Assembly: GCA_028534125.1 (NCBI GenBank) | Contig: CM052816.1 | Location: 7,504,001 to 7,568,000, forward strand | From: Lama glama | Lineage: Eukaryota | Length of the DNA: 64,000 nt | Reading direction: 5' to 3' | Shown: positions 51,901 to 64,000 of the stretch, in pieces | Position numbering within the stretch: the stretch's first letter is position 1 | Layout of the letters: each line of letters starts with the position of its first letter | Notes under the pieces: model-generated | The model's database searches: none | Told to the model about the DNA's origin: nothing | What the model saw: only the letters and a program-made list of their open reading frames with translations | Made by a program: the position numbers and the translations under genes

Positions 51901-54900
51901 TTATCATTAAAATAACATCCTAGTAGAGTTGGTGTAATAGAGTTTATGTACGTCTATCTTTTATTTTGGTAGAATACACATAAGATTTTACTTGTAGTGA
52001 CATTTACTCCATTCACTGTGTCATGTGACCATCACCACTGTCCACTTCCAGAACACTCCCATTGCCCTAAAAGCAAACCCCATACCCACTAAGCAGTCCC
52101 CCCCCCCATACTCCTCACCTTCCAGGACCTGGGAGCCACCAGTCTGCTCTGTGCCTAAAGGCTCTGTCCACTCTGCACACTCATGTAAGTGGAATCATAC
52201 AACCTATGGCCCCCACATCTGGCTTCCTTCCTCCAGCACAACATTTCCAAGGCTCATCCATGCTGCAGGGGATATTTGCACTCCATTCCTCCCACCCCCT
52301 GCCCATTTAAAAAATTACTCCATTCCTTTTTATTTATCCATAATATTCATGCATGGACACCTCGTGCTTTGTTATTCATTCAATTGATGGACATCCAGGC
52401 TGCCTCCACTTTTTGGCCACTGTCAACAATGGCACCAGTATAAACACCTGAATGAACATCTGCTTTCAGTTCCCCTGGGTTGTACGCCCAGGACTGGAAT
52501 GGCTGGGTCACATGGTAATTCTATGCTTAACCTTCTGAGAAACCGCCAAGCTGTTTTCTACAGTGGCTGCACCACTTTTTAGTCCCACCAGCAGTACATA
52601 AGGGTTCCAACTACACCACATCCTTGACAACACTTGTTATTTACCCTTGTTGTTGCTGTTATTATATTGCCCTCCTAGTGAGTGCAAAGTGGTATATCAT
52701 TGTGGTTTTGATTCACATTTCCTTAATGACTAATTTTGCTTCGCATATTTTCACGTGCATATTGGCCATTTGTATCGCTTCTTTTGGGAAAGTTATCTAT
52801 CTTTTTGATGCTATGAAAATTCACCTTGAAAATGTCATATCAATTTCGCCTTAATCATCAGTATTTGCATGACTTTTCCCTGGAATTTTACATCTTTTTT
52901 TTTTCAGAATTTTACATCTTTTAAAACAGCTAAGGTTATTTTATATCCTGTTCTTTTTATTTAATATTGTATCAAACATGTTTCCAAGTAGTGCTTCTGC
53001 TACTAAAGTGTTTATAAAGGCTGGACAATTACGTACATGGTTTTCCTTATTTTCTGTGAATCTAGACATGGAGATTTTAATTATTGTAAGAAAAACTGCA
53101 CTGAAGTTTTTTTGCATAAAGATGTGTCCACATTTTACAAAATATCCTTAGATTCCCAGAAGTGAAATAACTAGAACAGAGGTCTAAACAGTGTTAAGAA
53201 TCTCGATACATATTGCAACATTAGCACAAAACGTTTTGAAATAGAATTGAAGCCCTTGCCCTGGAAATTTGAAGGGTTGCATTTTAATACTAATACACCC
53301 TGAGAAAGTGGGCCTGTTACTTGACCTTAGTTAACTTGCTGTATGTTTAAAATCTACCTTGAATCTCAGTTCAGTATCTATATTTCTAAAATCTACCTTC
53401 TCTCCCTCACAAGGCTTTCATGGGAAAACAGCTTTCTTCTCCAAGGAAAGCATAGCTTTGATATTTTTAGTAAATATATTGATAAGAAAATTTTCCTATT
53501 GTGTAAACTCCGGAGGTGAAGGGACTGCCTTCACCTTGAGTTCTTCCCATCTGTCAGAATTCTTCCATCGTTATTTTTAAATTGCTTGGCATGTACTGAG
53601 TGCTGCATGTATTCAATGAATGAATGAAAGCATAGCATGGGGGAAGTCTATGGGCTTTTATTTGTTTTGGGGGAAGTACACAAATAACTGGGAGAGGCTA
53701 GTGGTGGTTTTTCATGTTTGATGATGCTTTCTTTTCTTTTCTTTTTTTTTTCATTTTTAAATTATACATTAACATTGACTTTTTTTGTTTCTTTAAAACA
53801 ATTTGTAGCGGGGGGAAGGTAATTAGGTTTATTTATTTATTTTTTTAATGAAGGTACTGAGGATTGAACCCAGGACCTCGTGCATGTTAAGCACACACTC
53901 TACCACTGAGCCATACCCTCCCCTGCTAAAATGGACCCTTTTTGATGTACCGTTTTATAAATTCTAACACAGGTATGGATTCGTGAAACCATCACTGTAA
54001 TCTAATACAAAATAGTTCCATCACCCGCGTAAGACTCTCTTAGGCTGCCCATTGGAGGTGCTCACATCCTCCCCTACCCCAACCCCTGGAACTGATCTGT
54101 TCTCCACCACCATGGTTTTGTCTTTGGGACTGCTATACAAAACAATGATACAATATAGCTTTTGATATCTGCTTCGCTCCCTTAGCACGATGCCTTTGAG
54201 AGTCATCCAAGTGGCTGGGTGTGTCACAAGTGCTTTCTTTTTCACGGCTGAATTGTAATCCAGTGTTTACTCATCCCCTTGTCCCAGGACACTCAGATCA
54301 TTTCCAGCTTGAGGCATTTAGGAACAGAGCTCTTCTAAACATTTGTGTACAGGTTTCTGCATGTTCATAAGTTTCTTGGGTAAACACCGAGGAGTGGAAT
54401 GAATGGGTCATATGAGAAACGTTCAGCTCTATAAGAAATGACTAAACTGCTTTTCCGGGGCACCATCATTTTACATTCCCATCAGCGATGGACGAGTTCC
54501 ACTGTTGCTTCTCACCAGCACTTGTCAGTAATTTTTATTTTAGCTCTTCTAATAAATAGGCAGCGATATGTCATTGTGGGTGTAATTTGTGTTTCAATAA
54601 TGACTAATCATGTTGAACATCTTTTGTTTCTTTGCTGTCTGTATATCCTCTTTGGTCAAATGTCTATTCAAAGCTTTTGCCCATTTTAATTAACTTGTTT
54701 GTTCTTAACTCTTTGAGAGATCTTTATATATTTTGGATTGAAGTCCTTTGTATTTGCAAATATTGTCTCCCTAGTCTGTTTGGGTCTCTCCCAGCCCCAT
54801 ATTTTCTTATTGTCTTTCACAGAGTGAAGTTTTCAATTTGGTAAATTATGAGTTTTTAAATTTTATTTATTTATTTATTTATTTATTTATTTGGTGGGGG

Positions 54901-57900
54901 GTGGATAATTAGATTTTTTAAAAATGTGTTTATCTTTAATGGAGGTACTGGGGATTGAACCCAGGTCCTGGTGCATGCTAGGCACGCACTCTACCACTGA
55001 GCTATACCCGTCCCCGCCTGGTTATTTTTTCTTTTATAATTGTGCTTTTGGTGTCATGTCTCAGAACTCTTTGCTGAACCCCAGGTAACAAAGATCTTCT
55101 AATTTTCTTCCACATGTTTTATGGTTTTAAGTTTTACATTTAGACCTATGATCCATATAGTCATATGGTTTTTCTTTAGACTTAACATGGTAGATTACAT
55201 TGAGTTTTCAAATTTCAGGTTTTGAGTTTCAAAATTCAAGTTTTGAACTAGCCTTACATTCCTGGCAAAACCTCCACTTGGTCTTTTTATATATAGCTAA
55301 ATCTGACTTACTAATATTTTACTGAAGATGTATATATCTGTGTTCATAAGGGCTACTGGTTTGTATTTTTCTTCTACCATCTGTCTGGTTTTTGTATTGG
55401 GGTAAAGCTGGCCTTATGAGATGAGCTGGGAAATGTCCCTTCCTCTTCTGTTTCTGGAACACATTGTGTAGGGTTGGTACCATATCATTTTAAAATATTC
55501 AGTAGAATTTGTCAGCGAAACAGAAAGAGTTGAACAGACATTTGACCAAGGAGGATATACAGACAGCAAATAAACAAAGAAAAGATGTGCTTGCACATTT
55601 CTTTTCCAGGAAGTACTTAAGTACAAATTCAACTTCGTTAATAGTTACAGGATTTTCTTGGATAAGTCTTGGAGTTTGTAGTTTTTTGGGAATTGGTACA
55701 TTTCATCTAAGTTTTCAGGTTTTATGTGCATAGAATTGTTCATAGTGGTCCCTTACTACTGTTTTAAGTATCTTCTGTGTCTATAATATCCTCTCTTAAG
55801 TTTCTGTGATTGGTAACCTGTGCATTTTTTTCTTTGTCAAGCTTGCTTGAGGTTTATTGATTTTATTAATCTTTTGTAAGAAGCAGCTTTAGGTTTCATT
55901 GATTTTTCCCCCCTACTTTTCTATTTTCAATCTCATTGATTTCTGCTCTTATTTCCTTTCTTCTGCTTGCTTGCTATATATTTTTTTAGCCCTTGTTTTT
56001 CTAATTTCTTAAACCAGAAGTTTATTGGTTTGAGACCTTTCTCCTTTTCTGACAGAAGCTGTTAGTGTATTAATTTCCCCCTCAGCTCTGCATTATCTGC
56101 CTCCTACAAATTGATGTTTTATATTTTAATTTTTGTTCAGTTCAAACTATCTTCTGATTTCCCTTAAGACGTCCTTTTTGGCTCATTGAATACTTAGAAG
56201 TGTATTTCCTGCTAAGTGTTTGGAGATTTTCCAGTTCTCTTTTTGTTATTGATTTCCAGTTTGATTCTGTTATGGTCAGAGAACATAGTTTATATTTTGT
56301 TCCTTTTATAATTTGTTAAGCTTGTTTTATGATTCACGATATGGTCTATCTTGTGATTTTCCTGTACACTTGAAAAGAAGGTTTATTCTGCTTTTGTAAG
56401 GTTGAGTATTTTATGCATGTGTCAATTAAAGCAAGTTGTTGATGGTTTTGTTTAGTTCCTCTGTATTCTTGCTAATTTTCTGCTTACTTTTTCTCTTGAA
56501 TACTGAGGAGTCTTGAAATCTTCAACTGTAACTGTCTATATCTCCTTCCAGTTCTGCCAGTTTTTGCTTCATATGCTTTAAAGAATGATTGGAGGTTGTG
56601 ACGTCTTCCTGGAGGACTGACCCCTTTGTCATGATGCAATGCACATCTTCATTCCTGAGAATCTTCTTTCTTCTGAAATGTTGCTTTTCCACTCATACAC
56701 TTGTAACCGACCTCTGACGTAGTTAAAGTGGGTGTCTCCTAAATAGCACATAGCTGGGGTTTTCTTTCAAAACCTATTCTGACATTGTCTTTTATTAGGT
56801 GTATTTAAACAATTTAATGTTACTGTCATGGTTCAATTTAGGTCTATCATTTGTATTTGTTCTCTTTTTGCTTTTTGTCCTCTATTTACCCTAACCTGCT
56901 TTCTTTTGGAGTATTTGAACATTTTTAGTATTCATTTTAGCTGCTGTCTCTTTTAATTACCGTATCTCTTTGTGTACAGATATATGTATGGGTGTGTGTA
57001 TATATATATATGCATGTATGTCTGTATATATATCAGTGATTGCTCTAAGAATTACAATATGCATAATAGTCTACCTAGAACTTACATCTCTTCCCTTCAA
57101 GTGAAATGTATGACCCTTACTATCGTACAGGTCTCTATCCTCTCCTCTTTCTGTTGTGCTTAGTCTAATGTATTACCTCTACGTATATTGAATACTCCAT
57201 GCACCCCATGAGACAATGTTATAATTTTTGCTTTTAACCATCATATTTTAAAGAGCTCAAGGGAAGAAGAACAGTCTTATATTTACCCAGGTATTTACCA
57301 GCTCTGTTGCTCTCCCCATATTCCTGAAGTTCCAAGTTTCTCTCTGGTGTCACTTGCCTTCTGCTCACAGTTTCCTTGAGTAATTCTTTTAGGGCAGGCC
57401 TGTTAGTGATGAATTCTTTGACTATTTCTTCATCTAGAATGTCTTTATTTCACCTTCTTTCCTGAACGATATTTTTACTGGATATGGGAGTCTGGATTTA
57501 CAGTTCATTTCAGCAGTTCTAAAATGTTCTGATTCCTTCTAGTCTCCAAGGTTTCTAGTGAGAAATCCACCCTAATTCAGACTGTTACTTCCTCTACGTA
57601 ATGCATCATTTTTCATCGGTTCTGTCCCAGATTTTTTTCTTTGTCATTAGTTTTTTTAAATGATGTGCCTGGGTATAGATTTCTTTGGGTTTACTTTGTT
57701 TGGGGTTCAGTGAACATCTTTAATCTATAGGATTACGTTTGCCAAATTTGGGGAGTAGTCAACCATTCTTCAAATATTTTGCAATGCATCCTTTCTGAGA
57801 CTCCCATGACACAAAAGTTAGACATTCTGGAATTGTCTTATGGGTCTCTGAGGCTCTGTCCCATATGTTTTCTCTGTTGTTCAGGTTGGATAATTTCTGT

Positions 57901-58242
57901 TGATCTTTCTTCAAGTTCTCTAGCTCTTTTTTATGGCATCTCTATTTTACTATTGAGCCCATCAGGTGAATTTCTTACTTCATGTATTTTTTTTCCCAAA
58001 AATTTCACCTTGGTTCTTAATATTTATTTATTTAGTAAGACTTTCTGCTTTTCCATTCTTTTCAAGAGTGTTCACCCTTCAGAGCATTTTTATAGTGGCT
58101 TCCTTAAAAGTCTTTTAATAATTACAACATCTGTGGCATCTTAGTGTTAGCATCTGTTGAATGTCTTTTCTCAGGATAGTTGAGATTTTCCCCCTTCTTT
58201 GTATGCTGAGAAACTTTGGATTTGTATGCCGAGCATTTTAAT

Positions 58243-58281
<39 letters not shown>

Positions 58282-61200
58282 CCTACCTCCTGGACATTTT
58301 GGATATTTGGATATGAGATTAAAGGTCTTGTTTAAATATAGTGGTTCGGTGGTACTTCGAATTCTGGTCTTCTTGCCCAGTCTGCCTGTTACCATTTCTC
58401 TTTCAGAGTTTGAAAATAGTTGTTCCATTCATGCTGTCCAGGTTTTAGAGCTACATTCAGTAGGAAAGACTGGATGGAGTGTGCTTCCTCCATCTTACCT
58501 GGAATCGAACCTTTCTTGATAGGTAAATTCATTCAGAAAATTAGGCTCATAGTTTATAAAAATCAAACCTGTACTTTTTCAACTTGTGACAGCTCTATCA
58601 CAGTTCTATTACTGAATATTATTTCCCTGTGTCACTGCCCACTGGGACACAAGCCCACCGTATGCCTGGGCCTTTGGCTGCATTACACTCTCCTGTCCTC
58701 TGTCTTATTTCCGATCGCGTCCACTGGTCCATCATTTCCCTGTTATCTCCTTTCACCCGAGACAAGGTTGGGATTTTCCAAGAACTTAGTAGAGGAGGCG
58801 GGATGAAAAACCTAGCTCTGTGGATTAGGGGGATGGTAACAAGTCCGGCTCTGCACAGCACCGCCCAGCCTGGAGAACCCTGCCGTGTCTTTTTCTCATC
58901 TCTTAGAGACAGCTAGGCCTGGCTTGTTTTTGACACTTTTCACAGCTGAGGCACTAGGGCCTTTTAGGTATTTCAGATGATCTCCTCCTGGTTTCTCAGC
59001 TTTACAGAAGCAGAATTAGGACCAGGTAGATGCTCTGGCTCCAAATCTTAAATACTTGCCTTATTTATTTATTTATTTATTTTGGGGCCATAGTTTGACA
59101 ACTAACGATTTAATGATTCCATGATTTGGCTAACCCAACTGACAAAACACGGGATCTGGGCCTTTTCCACGGCATGCTGTGATCTGAGATGAACCAGCTT
59201 GCTGCAAGATGTTGGGATCTCAGCCTCAGCAAGGTGCGGATGGCGCCTACAATTTCCTAGGGTTCATGGCTCTTCCCAGAATGTAGTTTGTTGCCATTTG
59301 TGTGAGCTTTTATTAAATATTTCTGGCACAGCCCCAAGTCCATGACGTACAAGGATAAATAAAAGCCTCCTCAGACTCCTGGCCCCTGTGGGTGCCACCT
59401 GGGCCGTCTGGTCTTCACGGGTCCTGTCAGAAGGCTTGAGGGGATGTATCTGGGTGTCTGAGCTCACAGAGGCCTCCTTTCCCTGCAGTCCTCCAGGCCT
59501 CCTATGAGCAGGAGAAGGAAGCCCTTTCCCACTCCTTCCAGGAGGCGGAGGCAGCCCTGCAGGTAAGAGGCTCTGGGCCAGGTCAGCCTGTCTGAGAGGA
59601 GGGGTGGACCTGCAGGAAAGCAGCATGGAGCCCCAGAGCAAACAAAGCTGAGGGCTCTGCCTGGGTGGGAAGGGCAGAGATGATTGTCTTCCGTGGGTCC
59701 CTGTCCCTCGATGTGACAACCAGATGATTAGCTCAAGAGGAACTGGTTTGAGATGAGAGTTGGCCTACTTTTCCCAGGAGTGTTGGGAGGATCTTGGAGA
59801 CTCCATCGCCTGGTGCCACCGTGTGATTAGAAGGGTGGATGGATGCACAGGGACCTGTGGAAGCAAAAAAGAAGGCATCTGACCCGATGTGGCCGCTTAG
59901 GGATTTCCTAGAGGGTGTGAGATCTAAGCTGGGCCCTCTGGATGTGTTAGCATTTTTCAGATGAAGTAGAGTAGGAAGGGTGCCCTAGGTAGGGGGAAAA
60001 GCTATTTAAAGGCATGGAGGAAAGGAGGAAAACAGAATACCTGTGGAACTGAAAGAAATCCAAGATGCCTGGATATAGAGTATGAGTGGGAGAGAGCTGA
60101 GGCTGGACAGGCAGGCAAGACCGGATCATGGGAGCCTGGAACCTAGGAGCCACCATAAGGGGTTCTGCTATCCTGAAGGCAATGACAATGTTTAGATGGA
60201 AGAAATCATTGGCAGGGGGCAAGTATAGAGACAAGAATACACCTTGCATTTGAAGGAGTGATAACAATGTTTGGTTGCAGGAAGAGGCATGTAGCGGGCA
60301 GCAGCAGGGAGAGATGAGACTGGGAAAGACACTGAGCCTAGTTTGTGTATATTTTGAATGTCAGGGTGACGCCGGCCTGGAACACCCTGACTTTGTCCCC
60401 ACAGGTATGGAGAGGTGGGGCTGTATGTTTCAGGCAGTAGCTGAAATAGATTAAACCTGCATTGTCGGGTAGAGCAAGGACAGACTGAAGAACCCAAAAC
60501 TGGTCCCTCCGTGGGATGTGGAGAGGTCCATACAGCATTTATGAGCCAGGCTTTCATCCCCTCCTTCCCACTCCCTTCTCCAGGAGACCATTGATGGGCT
60601 GACCGCACAGCTGGAGGTCTTCCAGGCCAAGATGAAGAGGGTAGAGGAGTCCATCCTGAGCCGAGACTATAAGAAGCACATCCAGGTAGGTGATAGAACA
60701 CCTGGGGCCTCTTCTTCTTGAATCTCCAAGGAGGTCTGAGTCTGGGCAAAAGGAAAGGCCAATCCCTCCTCAAGGACAGGGCTCAGACCTGACACTCTTA
60801 CCATCATGAAGGCCTGGAATAAACAGTGTCCCCATGTCACTAAGGGGCGAAGTAAAGCCAAAAGAGAGGCATGTAAGATGGTAAAGTGCTTAGGCTCTGG
60901 ATTCAGAACTAGCTGCAAAGAGCAAACCTACCACTTAGCACAAGCGACTGAAACTCAACCGCTGTGAACCACAGGTTCCTCTGTGAGGTTACTAGCGTCT
61001 GCGATGGTACTAATGTCAAAGGGCGCTATTAGATTAAAATGAGATAGAGCGCACTATGCACTTGCCACGGACCAAGAGGGGGAGGTGGCTTGGGAAAGTC
61101 AAACAGAGCTGGGGGCAGAATAGGGAGGAGGGAGGTAGCCCAGGCCCACCTCTGCCTGCTGGTCTGCTGAGGTCACTCTGTGTCCCTGTCTAGGATTACG

Positions 61201-63154
61201 GGAGCCCCAGCCAGTTCTGGGAGCAGGAGCTGGAGAGCTTACACTTTGTCATCGAGATGAAGAACGAGCGAATTCACGAGCTAGACAAGCGGCTGATCGT
61301 CATGGAAACAGTGGTCTGTGGCTGGCAGCGGCTTGGGGGAGGCAGCCCCACCTACTTTCTGGGCATTTCCTCAGTCATGGGGGCAGGGGGAGGTACTTGA
61401 GGAGGGCCCAGCCTGGTCCCTTCTGTGCCTGTTCTGACCTGCTGCCCATGCTGGCCAAGCAGTGGCTCCGTCTCATCCAGGTCCTGTACTTTTCTTGACT
61501 GCTTGTAGCTGTGATCTGGGTGACACTGGGGCAGGTGGCCTGGCCAATCAGGAGGGGTGGGCAGATATCACATGTCAAGTGGGGGTTGAGGAAGAGGGCA
61601 AGGCTGAAAAAAAAAATCAGACAGATACGGGAAGCCACAGTCAGCAAGGACAGGCCTGGGCCATGGTAAGCGCCGAGGGCACTGGTGGCTTTGTCTCCAG
61701 AAGGGCAGCCTTGGGAACCTCGGGTTGAATCCAAACAGATCATGTGATGTTGCCCGGGAAGACGTTTCCTGGCCTCCCGTGCACCACACCACCTAGTTTT
61801 TAAATCAGACCATCTCAGATGTTCCCTGTAAATTCTGTTCTAGCATTTTTGTGAAATGGGATAATAGAAACACTGAAACTTATATAGATTCTATCCTTGT
61901 GACTTTTGGAGAACTAAAAATTCCCTTTCTCTTGTGAACTGATGGAGAGCTGAGATGGTAGTGAGTGGCTGTCCTCTTTGTGTATTGTTCTCATCTGGCA
62001 AAGTGAGAAGTTGGCAGCCCTGTGTTCACCCCTTAGTTGTAATTTTCTAAGTAATCTTATTGCTCCTTGAAATGTAGCATTTGGTCTAGAGTGATTCAGT
62101 GTTTTTGGTGACCACAGATAAGAGGGAGGGGACGGCACACATTGTGCCGGGTGAGCTGGGGGCTTTCTGAGCTCTCTCCTATTTGTTACAGAAGGAAAAA
62201 AACCTGCTGTTGGAGGAGAAAATCACTGCCCTGCAGCAGGAGTATGAGGACCTCCACGCCCGAGGCCGCAATCAGATGGCTGTGTCCAGGTAGCTGCCCC
62301 TACCCCATCTCCTCCCATCCCCACCCTTTTTGCCAAAATCTCCATTTGGCAGAGAGACCCGGGGAATGGACTGACACATTCCCTGTCTGGGGAACGTGGC
62401 TCCTCCTTGCTTGGGAGTCGGGAATCCCAAGGCACCAGCTTGGCCCAGAAACCTACATCTCAGTGCTGATTAATATCTGTCTGTCCCCATCCTGGCTGTG
62501 TGGGCTCCATGGGACGACCCAACCCAGGAAGAAGGAACAGGAAGCTTAGAGTTCAAGAGGCCAAATGAATGAATGAACATACACAAATAAATAAATCAGT
62601 TCTGAGGGCTCAGTAAATGAGAGCTAAGATCATGTGTCAGAGTTAATTGGTTAAATACCCATTACTTCACCTAATCCTCATAATTACTCTAAGAGCTGAG
62701 TCTTCTTGTCACTCCCATTTTACAAATTTGGCAATAGTGAAGACCTTTTCTGGAGTTACATCTAAGTGGTGGAGCAGGTCTGAACCCACAGCTGTCTGCC
62801 TGTGAGGGCGCACTCCTTGGTCAACAGCTAGAATTGCCTTTTGGGGACTGGGTGGCTGGGCCTGCTGGGGCGCATTGCAGGAAGGCTTCCTGGAGGAGTG
62901 GGCTGGTCTCTGCAGGGGCTGAAGGTCCGGAGGGACGGTTCCCCACAGGCAACCCTGGGCTCGTCTGCATCCACAGGCAGCTCTCAGAGGACCTGCTTCT
63001 CACCCGTGAGGCCTTGGAGAAGGAGACGCAGTTACGGCAGCAGCTCCAGCAGAAGAAGGAGGAGCTGCTGTACCGGTTCCTCGGGGCCGACACCTCCCCC
63101 GCCTTCCCCCTGGCCTCCGTCACCCCCACTGAGGTCTCCTTCCTCGCCACCTAG
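34578..63154 (+). CDS. CCDC69: Coiled-coil domain-containing protein 69, spliced CDS join(34578-34625,[exon 2 missing],50195-50301,50809-50896,59489-59562,60584-60685,61194-61313,62192-62289,62977-63154)
   Basis: Exons translate to MGCGHSRLSCCKPPKK...DYGSPSQFWEQELESLHFVIEMKNERIHELD...VTPTEVSFLAT*, matching CCDC69 as I recall it. All junctions are GT-AG with consistent phases from exon 3 onward. Confidence 0.95.
40716..41118 (+). mobile_element. MaLR LTR (MLT1-type) in CCDC69 intron 1
   Basis: Starts tgtaatggattgaatagtgtcccc; ends ...tttgtggtgatttgttacaacagtcctaggaa. Confidence 0.8.
45928..45966. repeat. (AAT)n microsatellite
   Basis: About 13 perfect units. Confidence 0.9.
48388..48510 (-). 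mobile_element. tRNA-derived camelid SINE (vic-1-like) with TSD
   Basis: ggaggtactggggattgaac...gagctataccctcc; TSD cagggtc(c/t)ttct at 48376-48387 and 48511-48522. Confidence 0.85.
48654..49153. other. Assembly gap (500 N), probably hiding CCDC69 exon 2
   Basis: Run of N lying between coding exons 1 and 3. Confidence 0.95.
49717..49827 (+). mobile_element. tRNA-derived camelid SINE (vic-1-like) with TSD
   Basis: A and B boxes, A-rich tail, AGAAAAGTT on both flanks. Confidence 0.85.
50195..50301 (+). CDS. CCDC69: CCDC69 coding exon 3 (..TTVHLCASEE...KKWAQQ)
   Basis: Pyrimidine tract plus TAG acceptor; donor CAG|GTAAGT; 107 nt; begins in phase 1. Confidence 0.95.
50809..50896 (+). CDS. CCDC69: CCDC69 coding exon 4 (VEKERELELGEKLDEQ...EALR)
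   Basis: CAG acceptor; donor G|GTAAGG; 88 nt. Confidence 0.95.
51950..52800 (-). mobile_element. Old L1M 3' region
   Basis: L1 ORF2-end/3'UTR antisense motifs (gggtcacatggtaattctatg, ttgtggttttgattcacattt). Confidence 0.7.
53780..53923 (-). mobile_element. tRNA-derived camelid SINE (vic-1-like)
   Basis: ggtactgaggattgaacccaggacctcgtgcatg...ctctaccactgagccataccctcccc with a T-rich tail. Confidence 0.85.
53930..58530 (-). mobile_element. Long ancient L1M element (fragmented) in CCDC69 intron 4
   Basis: About 4.6 kb of T-rich sequence with antisense L1 3'UTR, ORF2 and ORF1-like motifs; contains a SINE and (TTTA)n at 58241-58281. Confidence 0.75.
54860..55015 (-). mobile_element. tRNA-derived camelid SINE (vic-1-like)
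   Basis: ggaggtactggggattgaacccagg...ctctaccactgagctatacc plus (TTTA)n tail. Confidence 0.85.
59489..59562 (+). CDS. CCDC69: CCDC69 coding exon 5 (..LQASYEQEKEALSHSFQEAEAALQ)
   Basis: cctttccctgcag acceptor; donor CAG|GTAAGA; 74 nt. Confidence 0.95.
59840..60365 (-). mobile_element. L2 LINE relic
   Basis: Purine-rich L2-type motifs (aaaggcatggagg, ggatcatgggagcct, gaaggcaatg); boundaries approximate. Confidence 0.5.
60584..60685 (+). CDS. CCDC69: CCDC69 coding exon 6 (ETIDGLTAQLEVFQAKMKRVEESILSRDYKKHIQ)
   Basis: Long pyrimidine tract plus CAG; donor CAG|GTAGGT; 102 nt. Confidence 0.95.
61194..61313 (+). CDS. CCDC69: CCDC69 coding exon 7 (DYGSPSQFWEQELESLHFVIEMKNERIHELDKRLIVMETV)
   Basis: TAG acceptor; weak donor GTG|GTCTGT; 120 nt; highly conserved peptide. 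Confidence 0.93.
62192..62289 (+). CDS. CCDC69: CCDC69 coding exon 8 (KEKNLLLEEKITALQQEYEDLHARGRNQMAVS..)
   Basis: CAG acceptor; donor AG|GTAGCT; 98 nt. Confidence 0.94.
62977..63154 (+). CDS. CCDC69: CCDC69 last coding exon 9 (..QLSEDLLLTREALEKE...VTPTEVSFLAT*)
   Basis: CAG acceptor at 62974-62976; stop TAG at 63152-63154. The 3'UTR runs off the window (no AATAAA seen). Confidence 0.95.
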
Positions 63155-64000
63155 GGCCTGGGCTGCCCTGACACCTGTGTTACAGCTTTTCTCTCTCCAG
63201 GACTGGGCAGAGAAGACAGCAGGAGCCCCTCGTCCTTTTCCCAGAAGGGGATGAGGGCAGGAGTGAGAGGGGGAGCCAGGATGTGTGCCCAGTGAGCCCT
63301 GGGGGCTTCGGCCACGTGGAATCACCTCCAGGGCTTCCAAGGGCCCGAGCAGCACCAACCCTCGAGGTGGCCCAGGCGACGAGCAAGAGGAGTCCTTTTC
63401 TCGCGCCCCCTTCTCTCTGTCCAACTAAGAGAGTTCTGGGGCTTTCCCCAGGGGCAGCCCGTGCCACATGGGTCATCTGACCAAGAGGAGACCACCCCCT
63501 GGTCCTCACGTGTCAGCTTCGCTGCCAGCTCATCAGTGACCTGACTTCCCCCAGATGCTCCCCACACCCCCACCCTGGCCTCCTCTCAGCCTCTAAATTG
63601 GTTGGAGGAACTGCACAACTGGCCCTCAAGTCACTCGGTGTCCCATTCTAGGATTATCTGAAGGTCAGATAGGGGCTGGCAGACAGGGGCCAACCCTGTG
63701 AATCAAACTGGGAAAGGTGAACACTGAGAGGGCTGCTGGTGCCAGGAAGCCAGCTCAGCCCTGGCCAGGGGGCTTGGCAGGGCGTCGGGCATGCCACTGG
63801 TTCCCAGAGTCTGATCAGTTGAGGGGTTATGTCCGGGGCTGCTCCTCCTCCTGCACCTGGCACGGCTCACCCCTCAGCCCTCTGGTCCCTTAGTCTCAGT
63901 GCCATCTGGAAACGGGGGCCACATAGCAGGTCTGGGTACCCACAGCTGGAACCTCATCCCTGTACAGACGAGGGAACTGAGGTGGGGAGTGGGACCCACA

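Overview
Mammalian genomic DNA, very probably a camelid (several tRNA-derived vic-1-type SINEs plus artiodactyl-type L1 tails). It holds two divergently transcribed protein-coding genes, in the arrangement I recall from human 5q33. GM2A (or a GM2A-like gene) lies on the minus strand: 4 coding exons, 15492 to 4448, 192 aa, all 8 cysteines present. CCDC69 lies on the plus strand: 8 of 9 expected coding exons, 34578 to 63154. Its exon 2 is not visible and most likely falls in the 500-N gap at 48654-49153. The rest is intron or intergenic DNA rich in L1, L2, MIR, MER5, Tigger4, MaLR and ERV1 LTRs, SINEs and microsatellites. I see no evidence of a wholly new biological system. The best leads are: an unusually diverged GM2A with no N-glycosylation sequon, a shifted exon-2 acceptor and an open intron-3 read-through; a candidate MEF2/TEAD/CArG enhancer next to a CTCF site between the genes; two identical young L1 tails nested in one older L1; a 210-bp tandem duplication; and a templated inverted insertion inside an old L1. 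Repeat family names and ortholog comparisons come from memory, not from a database search.
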